Assembly: GCF_030144855.1 (NCBI RefSeq)
Contig: NC_082714.1
Coordinates: forward strand, 56,296,001-56,360,000
Source: Hypanus sabinus
Taxonomy: Eukaryota
Length of the DNA: 64,000 bases
Direction of reading: 5' to 3'
Shown one piece after another: positions 1 to 12,800 of the stretch. The notes under the pieces were generated by a model. It did not search any database, was not told the origin of the DNA, and was given only the letters and a program-made list of their open reading frames with translations. Both the position numbers and the translations under genes were made by a program. Each line of letters starts with the position of its first letter. Positions within the stretch are counted from its first letter, which is position 1.

Positions 1-351
1 TTGTGATATGCACCAACTACTCATACGGCCATCCGCCACCTGTTCCCATGGCTTCATGTGACGCTGATCTGGGGGCTAAGCAGGTGCTACACCTTCCCCA
101 AAGGTGACCTGCAGGCTAGCAGAAGGAAGGAGTGCCTTACACTTCCTTTCGTAGAGAGGCATCTCCACCCCACCAAACGCCATGCTGGAGACCACTGAGA
201 TTGAGATTGAGAGAATAAAGAATGCAGTTCACTGCTTAAAAGAAGATACCACGACACAAGTGGGCCTTCAGGGGAAAACAAAGCTGATAAGAAACAGCAG
301 CTTTCACCTCTAAACCTAATAACTTCAATAATCAAGATTCTAGCCCCGTTA

Positions 352-1800
352 ACACACACAAAATGCTGGAGGAACTCAGCAGCCCAAGCAGCATCTATGG
401 AAAATAGTACTGTTGTGTTTCACTCCGAGACCCTTCATCAGGACTGGAGGAAAAAAGATGAGGAGTCAGAGTAAGAAGGGGAGGGGAGGAAGAAACACAA
501 AGTAATGTGTGAAATTGAGACGGGAAGGGGTGAAGTAAAGAGCTGGGAAGTTCACTGGTGAAAGAGATAGAGGGCTGGAGAAGGGGGTATCTGAAAGGAG
601 AGGAGAGAAGGCCATGGAAGAACACCAGAGTGAGGTGATGGACAGGTAAGGAGATAAGGTGAAAGAGGGAATTGGGAATTGAGAATGGGGAATGGTAGGG
701 AGACCATTATAAGAAGTTCAAGAAATTGATGTTCATTCCATCAGGTTGGAGGCTAGCCAGACGGAATACAAGGTTTTGCTCCTCTAACCCAAGTGTTGCC
801 TCATCGCAGCAGTACAGGAGGCCATGGACTGACATGTCAGAATGGGAGTGGGAAGTGGAATTAAAATGGGTGGCCACTGGAAGATCCTGCTTTTTCTGGT
901 GGACAGACCAATATACAGGAGGCCACACAGGGAGCACTGGATACAGCAGATGACCCCAAAAGACTCACAAGTTAAGTGCCGCCTCACTTGGAAGGACTGT
1001 TTGGGGCCCTGAATGATAGGGAGAGAGGTGGTGTAAGGGCAGGTGTAGCACTTGTTTCGCTTGCGAGGTTAAATACTGGGAGGGATTAATGGACAAGGGA
1101 GTCACATAGGGAGCGATCTCTGCAGAAAGCAAAAGTGGGGGGGTAGGGAATGATGTGCTTGGTGGTGGGATCCCTTTGGAGATGGCAGAAGTAACAGAGA
1201 ATTATGTACCGGATGCAGAGGCTGGTGGGATGGTAGGACAAGAGGAACCCTATCCCTGGTGCAGTGGTGGGAGGCTGGAGTGAGGGCAGATGTGCGCAAA
1301 ATGGAAGAGATGCAGTTGAAGGTAGTGTTGATGGAGGAAGAGAAGCCCCTTTCTGTGAAGGAGGACATAGACTTAGTTCGAGAATGAAAAGCCTCATCCC
1401 GAGAGCAGATGCGGCAGAGACAGAGGAATGAGAAAAGGGGATGGTATTTCCACAAGTAACAGTGTGGGAAGAGATATAGTCCAGATAGCTGGAAAAGTCA
1501 GTGGGTTTATAATAGACATCAGTAGATAAGTTGTCTCCAGAGGAAGAGACAGAGATCAAGAAAGGGGAGGGAAGTGTCAGAAATGGAGCAGGTAAATTTC
1601 AAGGCAGGGTGGAAGTTGGAGGCAAAGTTAGTGAAGTCGACAAGCTCAGCTCCACATGGGTGCAGGAAGCAGCAGCAATGCAGTTGCTGGTAGGAAAAGA
1701 TAGGGAGTGATACCAGTGTAGGACTGGAATGTAGACTGTTCCACATAGCCAACAAAAAGGTTGGCATAGCTGGGACCCATGCAAGTGAGACTTCCACCCT
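352..1800 (-). mobile_element. Penelope-like retroelement, decayed
   Basis: RT remnant MGPSYANLFVGYVEQS and STDVYYKPTD; GIY-YIG remnant CESFGVICCIQCSLCGLLYIG; terminal repeat with CTGATGA...GAAAC motif. Ends approximate. Confidence 0.8.
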
Positions 1801-1809
1801 GCTCAAGTT

Positions 1810-2440
1810 TACCTGGTATAGAATATAAAAACAAGCTTGTAATGTTGAGACTTTGAGGCACTGGTGAAACCTCACTTGGAGTACCATGAGCAGTTTTGGT
1901 CCTCTTATCTAAGAGGGGATGTTCTGACATTGGGAAGGGTTTAAAGGAGGTTCACAAAAATGATTCTGGGATTGAAAGGATTATCATATGAGGAGCATTA
2001 GATTGCTCTGGGCTTGTACTCACTGGAATTCAGAAGAATGAGGGGGGACCTTACTGAAACCTATCAAATGGTGAAAGGACTTAAGAGTGGATGTAGAGAG
2101 GATGTTTCTTACGGGGGGGTGGGGGGGTGGGGGGGTGGTGTCTATGACTAGAGGACACAGCCTCAGAATACAGGAACAATCATTTAGAACTGAGATGAGG
2201 AGAAATTTCTTAGCCAGAGTGGTGAATTTATAGAATTTGTTGCCACAGCCAGCTGTGGAGGCTAGGTGATTGGGCATATTGGGCACATTTAAGGCAGAGG
2301 TTAATAGATTCTTGATTGGTCAGAGCATGAAGGGATACAGGGAGAAGGCAGGAGACGGGGGCTCGGGGGAAAATGGATCAGCCATGATGAAATTGAGAAG
2401 CAGATTCAATGGGCTAATTCCACTCCTATGGTTGTACATT
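1810..2440 (+). mobile_element. CR1 LINE 3' fragment
   Basis: Decayed CR1 ORF2 C-terminus and 3' UTR, similar to the copy at 47450-48365. Confidence 0.75.
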
Positions 2441-2981
2441 GTGCATAATACATTTTTATCACCTTGATCTGATTATAAGACATGAACTGTCTGGATGGAT
2501 GAAAAACAAAAGCTCTTTGCTTTATTTTGTCTATGCTACAATAATAAAGCAATACTCAGTATAACACTGCTCACCATTTCCTCAAAAGGCAAAGTGATAA
2601 ACATCAACTAACATTGATTTGGCTGCTCAACGTGATAAAATTAAGGAAGCTGCACAACTTCACAAATAAAAATTAGGTGACAAACAGCTTAATCAAAGCA
2701 GCAGCCTTTTACTTGCAAGGAAGAGAATTTCAGAGCTTGGATCCCAGACAACAATGATTTCAGGTATAAATAATTGGGTGAAACATAGATATAAATGGTG
2801 AGGGGCCATCAAGAATTAGAGGGGTGGAGGGAAACGTGAAATTAAATATAAGAATGGTGATTGTAAAGTCAAGATTCTGCTGAACAGGGAAACAACGTGG
2901 GCCAGAAGTGACGTACATAAGTCAGGATACAGACAACAGAATTACGAGTCTGGACCAAATACTGCTTTTAATGACATCTCA

Positions 2982-3095
<114 letters not shown>

Positions 3096-3402
3096 TTAGA
3101 TGAACCCACCACCCTACTAAAGCAGTCCTCACAACCCTGTCCAGCACTAATACCCCCTCCCTACCGCGTCTCACATGAATGGTGTTCATCCAACCCCACC
3201 CTCCCACTGTTGGTCCCCAACCCCGTCTCATACTCATGCCTCCCCCCCCCCCCATTCTCCACCCCGACAAGTGCCCCTAGAACGCAGCCCCTCCCTCAAT
3301 TACTGGTCGCCACCTCTCCTGGTCCCCACTGATGGGCTCCCTTTCCATTCTCTGGTGACTGGTACCGTTCTGTGGAGAGAACAGACAACCTGGGCAACTC
3401 AC

Positions 3403-3450
3403 CGTCTCGATATATTCCGCCTTGTTATACAAGATTTCGCACAACTCCAT
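3403..3450 (-). CDS. DCTN5: Dynactin subunit 5 (p25), coding exon 1; no further exons recognised in the window
   Basis: ATG at 3450 gives MELCEILYNKAEYIET (human MELGELLYNKSEYIET), 48 nt, then donor GTGAGT. Head-to-head with PALB2 as in other vertebrates. Confidence 0.95.
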
Positions 3451-3757
3451 CGCCGCCGCCGCCTCCTCCCTCAGCTGTCCACTGACGCCCACCGGAACCG
3501 CGAGCACTTCCGGGGCAAGGTGCAAACACAGCGCCTGCTTTAATTGACGTGGACTGTTGACGCCAACGAGATCGGGATCATTCTCTTCAGTCAAAACGTG
3601 AGCGACGGCCGCAGGCACCAATGAGCAGCGAGCCTCCTCCGATTGGCTGAGATGGAGAGCAGGGCCGGCGCTGATTGGTCAGAAGTGGCGGGCCCTTTGT
3701 CCGAGGTTCCGGCTCCTGCCTCAGTGTTGATGGTGATGGGAATGAAATCAGCTCATT
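3451..3757. promoter_or_regulatory. CpG-rich bidirectional promoter / 5' UTRs shared by DCTN5 and PALB2
   Basis: 307 bp between divergent ATGs; CpG-dense; three CCAAT/ATTGG boxes (~3618, ~3642, ~3674) and a CRE-like TGACGT (~3545). Confidence 0.8.
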
Positions 3758-3805
3758 ATGGAGAGCAGTCTGAAAAAGTCCCTGAACGTGGAGACCAGAG
3801 AGCAG
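3758..3805 (+). CDS. PALB2: PALB2 exon 1
   Basis: MESSLKKSLNVETREQ, 48 nt as in human exon 1, donor GTGAGG. Confidence 0.85.
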
Positions 3806-6800
3806 GTGAGGTAATGCCAGACTCAGGCTCATGCTCGCTGTAAAACAGAAAGGACTGAACTTAACTCTTCCTTTTCACTCCAGCTCAGGGAACGACTGGC
3901 CCTGCTGAAGAAAGAATATGCAAAGACGGTGTATAAATTGCAGGCAAGTGACATTTCTTTCTTGGAATCGGGGTTTTGAGGAACTGATTTTATGATTCTC
4001 CAACTCTGGAGTATCTTGTGCCCAAGATGATTTTCTAGAGCAGTCTGTTTCTGGTCCCAAAGGTAAAAGTAAAACTTATTATCAGAGTACAGTACATACA
4101 TGTCACCACATACAATCCTGAGATTCCTTCTCTGCGAGCATACTTAGCAAATGTATAGAATAGTAAATGTAAACTCTAAGCAAACTGTGCAATTGCAGTT
4201 ATAAATAACGAGCATGAAATAATAACAGAACATCCATCAATAGAACAGTCCTTAAATGAGTGTAGCTATCCCTTGAAGAACCTGATGTTTGAGGAGTAGT
4301 AACTTTTCTTGAACCTGGTGGTGCGAATCCTGAGGCTCATGTACCTTCTACCTGATGGCAGCAGCGAGAAAAGAGCATGGCCTGAGGAGGTGACGATCTT
4401 TGATGATGAATGCTTCTTTTCTATGGCAACATTTTATGCAGGTGTGCTGAATGTTTGGGAGCATTTTACCCGTGCTGGGCTGAGCTTAACCCACAACCTT
4501 TGGTGTGATTTTCTGCTCAATGCAGCCAGTCAGCACCCTTCCCACCACACGTCTATAGAAGTTTGTCAAGGTTTTTGATGACATGCCAAACCCACAAGGA
4601 GAGACCAATGGTGCTGAGTCTGTTTTGGTGGAATGAAGTGGGTCAAGTGGCCGATACGATAGTCTTATTTGCGATGGAGGGTGTTGTTCTAGCTGTCGTT
4701 TTCCAGGTGGGCAGTCTATTAGTTTTTGTGTGAGGGAGGGGTTAGGGTTTGATATTTTTGTTTCTTTTTCTTTTTTGTGCAGGGAGTTTGATATCTTTTC
4801 ATCCAATGACTCCATATACTTTCTGTATTTCTCTGAGTTGTATTCTGCATACATACTTTGATAATAAGATAAACCTTAAAACCTTTAAATTTTTAGTTGG
4901 AGAACACTTAGAAGATAATGGTTATAACATTAAAAGATTTAAAACACCTGCACTCACCCCATCTTCCCGCTGCTTTAACACAATAGAGCTTCTCTTGTCC
5001 TTACCTACCACCCTACGAGTCTCTGCATCCAGTAAATCATTCTTTGCAACTTTCGCTTTCTCCAAAGGGATCCTATCACCAAAACGCCTCTGCACCTTTT
5101 TTGTTCCCTCCCCCCTCACGGCTTTCTGTAGGGGTCACTCGCTGCATGATTTCCTTGTCCGTTTGTTTCTCCCCACGAATCTCTCTCTTGGCACTCGGCA
5201 TTTATCCCTGCAAGTGGCCAAGGTGTGGCACCTGGCCCATAAACCACCTCCCTCCCCTCCATTCAGGGCTCCAGACAGTCCCTCCATGTGAGGCAACACT
5301 TCACCTGCGAATCTGCCAGGGCTGTCTACGGTGTCCGGTTCTCCCAATGTGGCCTCCTCTGCATCGGTGAGACCCATCATAAAGCTGACTGAACTTAAAT
5401 AGGTAACTGACCAGGTCCAGTAGGATGCATCCTTGGATTTTGAGAGAAGTTCAAGAGAAAATCATGGGTATAGTGACTGTGGTGCTCTCACAGGGTGGTT
5501 CCAGAGGGTGGCAAGCATTCATTCCTCAATAAAGGAACGAACACTACTAACTTATTATTTAATTATTTATGGTTTTATATTGCTATATTTCTATACTATT
5601 CTTGGTTGGTGCGGCTGTAACAAAACCCAATTTCCCCCGGGATCAATAAAGTATGTCTGTCTGTCTGTAATCCCAGCAGCCATTGGCCAGTTGAATAATA
5701 ATGGTCGGAAAGCTTTTAGAAACACTGATCTGGGACAGGATTAATGGGCACCTTGAGGAAAATAAATGAAAGCAAACTAGCACAGATTTATTAAGGTCGA
5801 TTTGTGTTCCACTCTAGTTAGAATTTTTCATTTATGTAACAGATAGAGTTGATGGTGACATGGTTGTCTTGATGTATGTGGACTTCAAGAAGGCTTTTCT
5901 TTTGATGCCTCAAAATAGGATTATCAGCAAAGCTGAAGCACATGCATAAAAGGGATGTTAAGCTGGGTATAAAACTGGCTAACTAACAGGCAGTAGAGTT
6001 CATGGTGAATGGTTGTTTTCATTTTAGACAGGGGAAGGGGTATAGTAGCATTTTCCATGGAACGGAGTTGAGGCCATTGCTTTGATCTATATTAATGACC
6101 TATACTTGGAGCACAGGGACAATGGTACAAGGCCCAATTTCTAAATTTGCAGATAACACTAAACTTTGAAGTAATGTGAACAGAGAAAAGGACAATGTTA
6201 AATTGCAGCAGTGTACAAATAGGCTGAAAGAATAGGCAGATGCAGAGCAGGTCTAGTTTAAATGTGGGAAAGGTGAAGTCATGACTTTTAGTAAGAAGAA
6301 CAAGGTGACACAACATAGACTAAAAGATATTGTTCTTAAAGGGCTGCAGGAGCTGAGAGATCTTGAGATGGGTGTGTGCAAACCATTGAAAGTGCAGGGC
6401 AGGTTGAGAAACTGGTTAATAAGGTATATTCACTTCTAGGTTTTATGAAAGATTTGCTCCTCAGAAATCCTTTAAATATCACCCCTCTCTCCTTAAACCT
6501 GTGTTTTAGACTCTCCAAGGTGGGAAAAAGACAATGACTATCTTTCCAATCACCATTTGTTCTCCAAATCATGGCATTTTTGTTTGGCTTTGACCTTTGG
6601 GTTTCTGTAGAGCCATTTCTTCTCCCATGAAATGGAATTTCCAAATGAGCAACACTTTGTGGTTAATTAGCTCCTGGAGCTCTTGGTCATTCTCATCAAA
6701 CTAGGTGTGACGTTTCCTGCTGGGGGAGCCAAGAGTGTCTTAACAGATGCTAATTATGATGGGCTTAAAGACAGCACAGATGTTGTTTCTATTTGACTCC

Positions 6801-9800
6801 TGTTGGATTGGGGCCATTGGATTGTTTATGAGGTTGTGGCGACCCACTTCCTAGCGCACTCGAACTGGCTCACAAATAGCCCGTGCGCAGGCACAAAGGC
6901 CAGGTCCGCAACAAAGGGAAAAAGCCTGCGGGGGTTTGTGAGTACGTGTCCCTTAGAGCATCTGCACCCGGGGAGGGCAGGATGAGGGAGGCTTTAAAGC
7001 AAGGCTGTGAAGTTCGATTAAAATCATCTTTAATTGCAGTTTACCGACTCTGTGTTGTTATTTTAGCGCTGTGTTTAGCACACCGCTACAATTGGTGACC
7101 CCGACGATCCAAACGATTTTTGGACCGGAGATGACCGACGCTGCATCTGTTCATGCGGTTTCATTGAAACTGCCAAGCTTCTGGACACTGTGACCTCACC
7201 TATGGTTCCAGCAAGCAGAAGCCCAATTCCACGTTCAGCAGATAACCTCAGAGGACATACGTTACTACTACGTGGTGAGCTCCCTCGACCAGGACACAGC
7301 GGCCCAGGTTGCGGAGTTCGTACAGTCACCCCTGGCGGACGGCAAGTACACGCAATTCAAAGCCCTACTCCTAATGACTTTTGGACTCTCACAGTGCGAG
7401 CGGGCTGCCCGCTTACTGCACCTGGATGGCTTGGGAGACAGACCTCCATCGGCTTTAATAAATGAGATGTTGTCTTTGGCTGGCGGACACACACCCTGCC
7501 TCATGTTTGAGCAGGCATTCCTGGAGCAGCTGCCCGAGGACATACACCTGCTGCTGTCCAACGTGGATTTCAGCGACCCCTGGAAGTTGGCAACCCAGGT
7601 GGACTTGCTGTGGAACGCCAAGAAGGTGAGTGGGGCGTCCATCGCACAGATCAACAGGCCACGCTCCCAGCAGCAAACCAGTCCAGGCCCGGCCACAGAG
7701 CCCGCTAGCCCCAGAAGCATGGGTGGGGAGCCCAACGAACACTGGTGTTTCTACCACCAGCGGTGGGGCGCAGAAGCCCGCAGTTGTTGCCCACCCTGCT
7801 AGTTCCCGGGAAACGCCAGGGCCAGCCGCCGCCCTTGGCTACGGCGGCTGACCGTCGGGCACCGGGTCTCCCCCAAGGGCCGTGAACGGCAGCACGGTAA
7901 GGACCTACGGCACCCGTATAGTGCAGCTACAGTTCGGCTCCAGCCGGTTCGCGTGGGACTTCACACTGGCTGCCGTAGCCCAACCACTTCGGGGCGCGGA
8001 TTTTTTGCGGGCTCACAGCCTGCTGGTTGACCTGCTGAGGCAGAGGCTGGTCCACGCCGAGACTTTTCAGACGTTCTCCCTGGGAGAAGCCCAGTTGCCA
8101 GCCCCACACCTCGGCTCCATCACGCTGTCTGACAACGACTTCACCAGAGTCCTGGCGGATTTCCCATCGGTTCTGGCACCGCAGTTCACCCCGACATGGC
8201 GTACAGCACCACATCCCAGCCCAGGGACCACCCCTCCACGCCCGCACTCGGTGGCTTCCCCCGGACAAGTTCCGACTGGCGAAGGAAGAGTTCAAGAGGA
8301 TGGAGGAATTGGGGATCATCCGGCGGTCCGACAGCCCATGGGCCTCCCCCCTGCACATGGTGCCCAAAGCGACAGGGGGCTGGAGACCGTGCGGCGACTA
8401 CCGCAGGCTGAACGAGGCTACCACACTGGACCTCTACCCTATGCCGCACATTCAGAACTTTGCAGCAAACCTGCACGGCACACGGATCTTCTCCAAGGTA
8501 GACCTCATCCGAGGATACCATCAAATCCAGATACATCTGGACGACATCCCCAAAACGGCTCTCATCACTCCGTTCGGCCTTTTCGAGTTCCTCCGCATGC
8601 CGTTTGGCCTGAAGAATGCCGCACAGACGTTCCAGCGGTTAATGGACGCAGTGGGACACGACCTGGACTTCGCGTTCATCTCTTTGGACGACATCCTCAT
8701 AGCCAGCAGCAGTTGTCAGGAGCATCTGTCCCACCTCCGTCAACTCTATGCCCGACTGAGTGAATACGGTCTAACGATCAACCCGGCCAAATGCCAGTTC
8801 AGGCTGGACACCATTGACTTCCTGGGCCACAGGATTACTAAAGACGGGGCAACCCCTCTGCCCGCTAAGGTAGATGTGGTCTGCCATTTCCCCTGACCCA
8901 CCACGATCAAAGGCCTTCAGGAGTTCGTAGGTATGGTCAATTTCTACCACTGCTTCCTCCCTTCAGCTGCCCTAATCATGTTCGCCCTGCTGTCGGGTCC
9001 GGGCAAGGACATTACCTGGGACGAGGAGTCCGCCGCTGCTTTCATTCAAGAGAAGGAAGCCTTGGCGAACGTCGCGATGCTAGTGCACCCCAGAATGGAC
9101 GTCCCTACTGCCCTCACAGTGGATGCATCTAACACGGCAGTCGGTGGGGTGCTGGAACAACTCATCGAGGGGCGCTGGCATTTTTCAGCAAACACCTGTG
9201 GCCACCCGAGCTCAAGTACAGTGTTTTCGACCGGGAACTGTTGGCACTATACCTGGCAATCCGGCATTTCAGGTACTTCTTAGAAGGTGGGCCCTTCACC
9301 GCGTTCACGGATCACAAGCCGCTTACCTTTACGTCCACAAAGGTGTCCGATCCCTGGTTGTCCCGCCAGCAGTGCCATCTGTCCTACATCTCTGAATACA
9401 CGATGGATGTCCGGCACGTCTCAGATAAGGACAATGTCGTGGTGGACGTGCTCTCTCGCCCTAACATTCATGCCCTTTCCCAAGGGGTAGACTTTCAGGC
9501 ACTGGCAGAGGTGCAGCAGGCAGATGAGGAGATCCCTAGTTACAGAACCGCAGTCTTCGGTTTGCAGCTCCAGGACGTCCCCGTAGGCCCAGGTGAGAGG
9601 ATCCTACTCTGTGACGTCGCCACCGGCCAGCCCCGTCCCGTCGCCCCGGCAAACTGGCGGCGCCATGTTTTCGACTCCATTCATAACTTAGTGCACCCCT
9701 CCATCAGGACAACTGTCTGGCTGGTAGCCAACCGGTTCATTTGGCACGGACTCCGCAAGCAGGTCAGTGAATGGGCCAGAACGTGCATGCACAGCCAGCC

Positions 9801-12800
9801 GGCCAAGGTGCAGCGGCACACCAAAGCTCTGCCGCAGCAGTTCCACCCCACCCACCGGCGTTTCGACCACATTCACGTAGATATCGTGGGCCCCCTGCCA
9901 GTGTCACGCAGTGCGCGGCACCTCCTGACTATCGTGGACCGGTTCACAAGATGGCCAGAGGTGATCCCACTCACGGACGCCACCTCTAAATCTTGCACCT
10001 GGGCACTGATCGCCACCTGGGTGTCCCACTTTGGTGTACCGGCCCACATTACCTCCGACAGAGGTGCCCAGTTCACCTCCAGCCTGTGGTCAGCTATGGC
10101 CAGCCTTTTGGGTACACAGCTGCACCACACCACTGCCTACCACCCACAGTCGAATGGACTATTGGAGCGTTTCCACCGTCACCTAAAGTCGGCTCTCATG
10201 GCCCGCCTGCGAGGAGCTAACTGGACGGACAAGCTTCCCTGAGTCCTACTCGGCATCCGCACGGCGCCCAAAGACGATCTGCACGCCTCGTCGGCCAAGT
10301 TGGTGTACAGCGCACCCTCCAGCCCCAAGGGGGCAAGAGGAAGAACCCGCAGCAGTCCTGGGCAGACTACGCAAGAGGCTCGGTGACATGGCCCCCATAC
10401 CCACTTCGCAGCATGGGCAGAACCCGACCTGCGTACCCAAAGACCTGCAGAACTGTAAGTTTGTGTTTGTACAACGGGGTGGGCATCGGCCACCACTGCA
10501 ACGGCCCTACGAGGGGCCATTCACGGTGCTCAGGAACAACGGGTCCATGTTCATGCTGGACGTTGGGGGGGGAGAGGAGGTTTTCACGGTGGACCGACTC
10601 AAACTGGCCCATGTGGACCTGGCGTAACCGGTCGAGTATCCGGCACCGTGGCACAGAGGCCGACCTCCCATACAGGGTCCGGCCCAGACTGTGGACATTG
10701 CGGGGTGTATCGCCAGTTCTGAGGGGGGGGGGGGTTATGTGGCGACCCACTTCCTAGCGCACTCGAACCGGCTCACAAATAGCCAGCGCGCAGGCACAAA
10801 GGCCAGGTCCACAACAAAGGGAAAAAGCCTGCGGGGGTTTGTGAGTACGTGTCCTTTAGAGCATCCGCACCCGGGGAGGGCAGGATGAGGGAGGCTTTAA
10901 AGCAAGGCTGTGAAGTTTGAATAAAATCATCTTTAATTGCAGTTTACTGACTCCGTGTCGTTATTTTAGCGCTGCATGTAGCACACCGCTACAAGGTGAA
11001 GTTTGGATAAAATCCTGTCTGTGTGTGCATGAATGCATCCTTGCTGAGAGGTATCTTTTGGTTAGGGTCAAGTATTCAATTTCTCAAGGAATTCCAATTT
11101 TTCAGCCAAGATTTCCCCTTGAGGAACAATGCTGAACTGCCTATTTTATCATGTACCCTGAAACTCCATCCTTATTTATCTCTAACATCTTGTTAACACT
11201 GAAGTAAGGCAAACTGGCCTATAATATCCTGACTTTTGCCTCCCTCCCTTCTTGAAGAATGGAGTGACATTTGTGATTTTCCAGTCCTCTGGAACCATTC
11301 CAGAATCTAGTGATACTTGAAAGATCATTACAAACCCTCTGTAATCTCTTCATCTCTCTCTTTTAGACCCCTGGGGTGTAGTCTATCTGGTCCAGGTGAC
11401 TTATCTACCTTCAGACCTTTCAGCTTTCCAAACACTTTCTCCATATTAACAACAATTTCTCTCACTTCTGCCCTTTGACCCTCTCGAATTTCTGGCATGC
11501 TGCTGGTGTCATCCACAGTGAAGTCTGACACAAAATACTTATTAAGTTTTTCTGCCATTTCTTCTTCTCCAGTGTCATTTTCCAGTGATCCGATGTCCAC
11601 TCTTGCCTCTCGTTTACACTTTATATATCTGTAAAAACTTTTGGTATCCTCTCTTATATTATTGGCTTACCTTAACTTTATATTCCATCTTTTCTCTTCT
11701 TAATCCTTTTTTTTAGTTGCCTTCTGTTGGTTTTTGAAAGTTTCCCAATCCTTTAGCTGCCCAATAATTTTTGCTATATTGCATGTCCTCAAATCTTTTA
11801 CTTTTATGCTGTTCTTTAACTTCCCTTGTCAGCCACGGTTGCCTCATCTCCTCTTTAGAATGCTGCTTCTTCTTTGGGATGGACTGATCTTGTACCTTCC
11901 GAATTATTCCCAGAAGCTCCAGTCTTTGCTGCTCGACAGTAAAGGATAAGTTGCAGTAGTCAGTTAACCCACTAGCATGTCTTTGGAATATGGAAGGAAA
12001 GCTGACAATCTGAAGGAAACCCATGGCAGTAACAGAGAGGATATACAAACTCTACGTGGACCACATCTGAGATCAGGGTGGAAAATAACTCCCTGGAGTG
12101 ATGAGACAGCATAAAAAGTGTTACGTAAATGGAAAACCTTTTATATTTTGCCGAGCTATTCCTACATTTGGGTGAGGTGTCTTCATTTTAAAACCAAGTT
12201 TCATTAATATAACATCATTTACATACATTAAGGTCAACCAGTATTGACCTGAGCAGAGAGCTTGGTGATTCCAGGAAAAAAAAAACCTGAAAATGTTAAT
12301 AACATTGAGCATGTGTTTTTAAAAAAGACTATGGTTATGAAGATGAAAATGTTGCATCCAGTAAATGCTAGATAAAATAATTTTTAAGATGTTTTGATGT
12401 TGAATGAAAGAACATTGTGAGTGCTATTGGACCTCTTACCCACCTGAATGGCTGCATGTGGCTTCAGTTTAAAGACTCATTTTAATATTGCAGTAAAATG
12501 AAAGCATATTTTATGCCTGATAATATTTTGTAACATTTTCTGCAATAGTTCAAATAATTTGGTGATGGGATGCTCTTCTGTTGAGTATGGAATAGAAATC
12601 TGTCACAGTAATTTTCATCAAGTTATAAAATCATTAGATGGACGATGTTCGAGCACTAGTTCCATGCCAGCTTTTCAGATCAATCTATTCAGTGTACAAT
12701 GTATTTATTTTGACCATATGATATTTATCCCTTATTTTCTATCTTTAGTGTGCAGAGAAAGCTGAGAGGATTCAGAATCATGTTAAAAAAAACATTGTGT

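Noticed and set aside
3277-3621. 114-aa ORF as an N-terminally extended DCTN5
   Set aside because: Only 3403-3450 is homologous; the ORF has a non-ATG start and reads through the splice donor.
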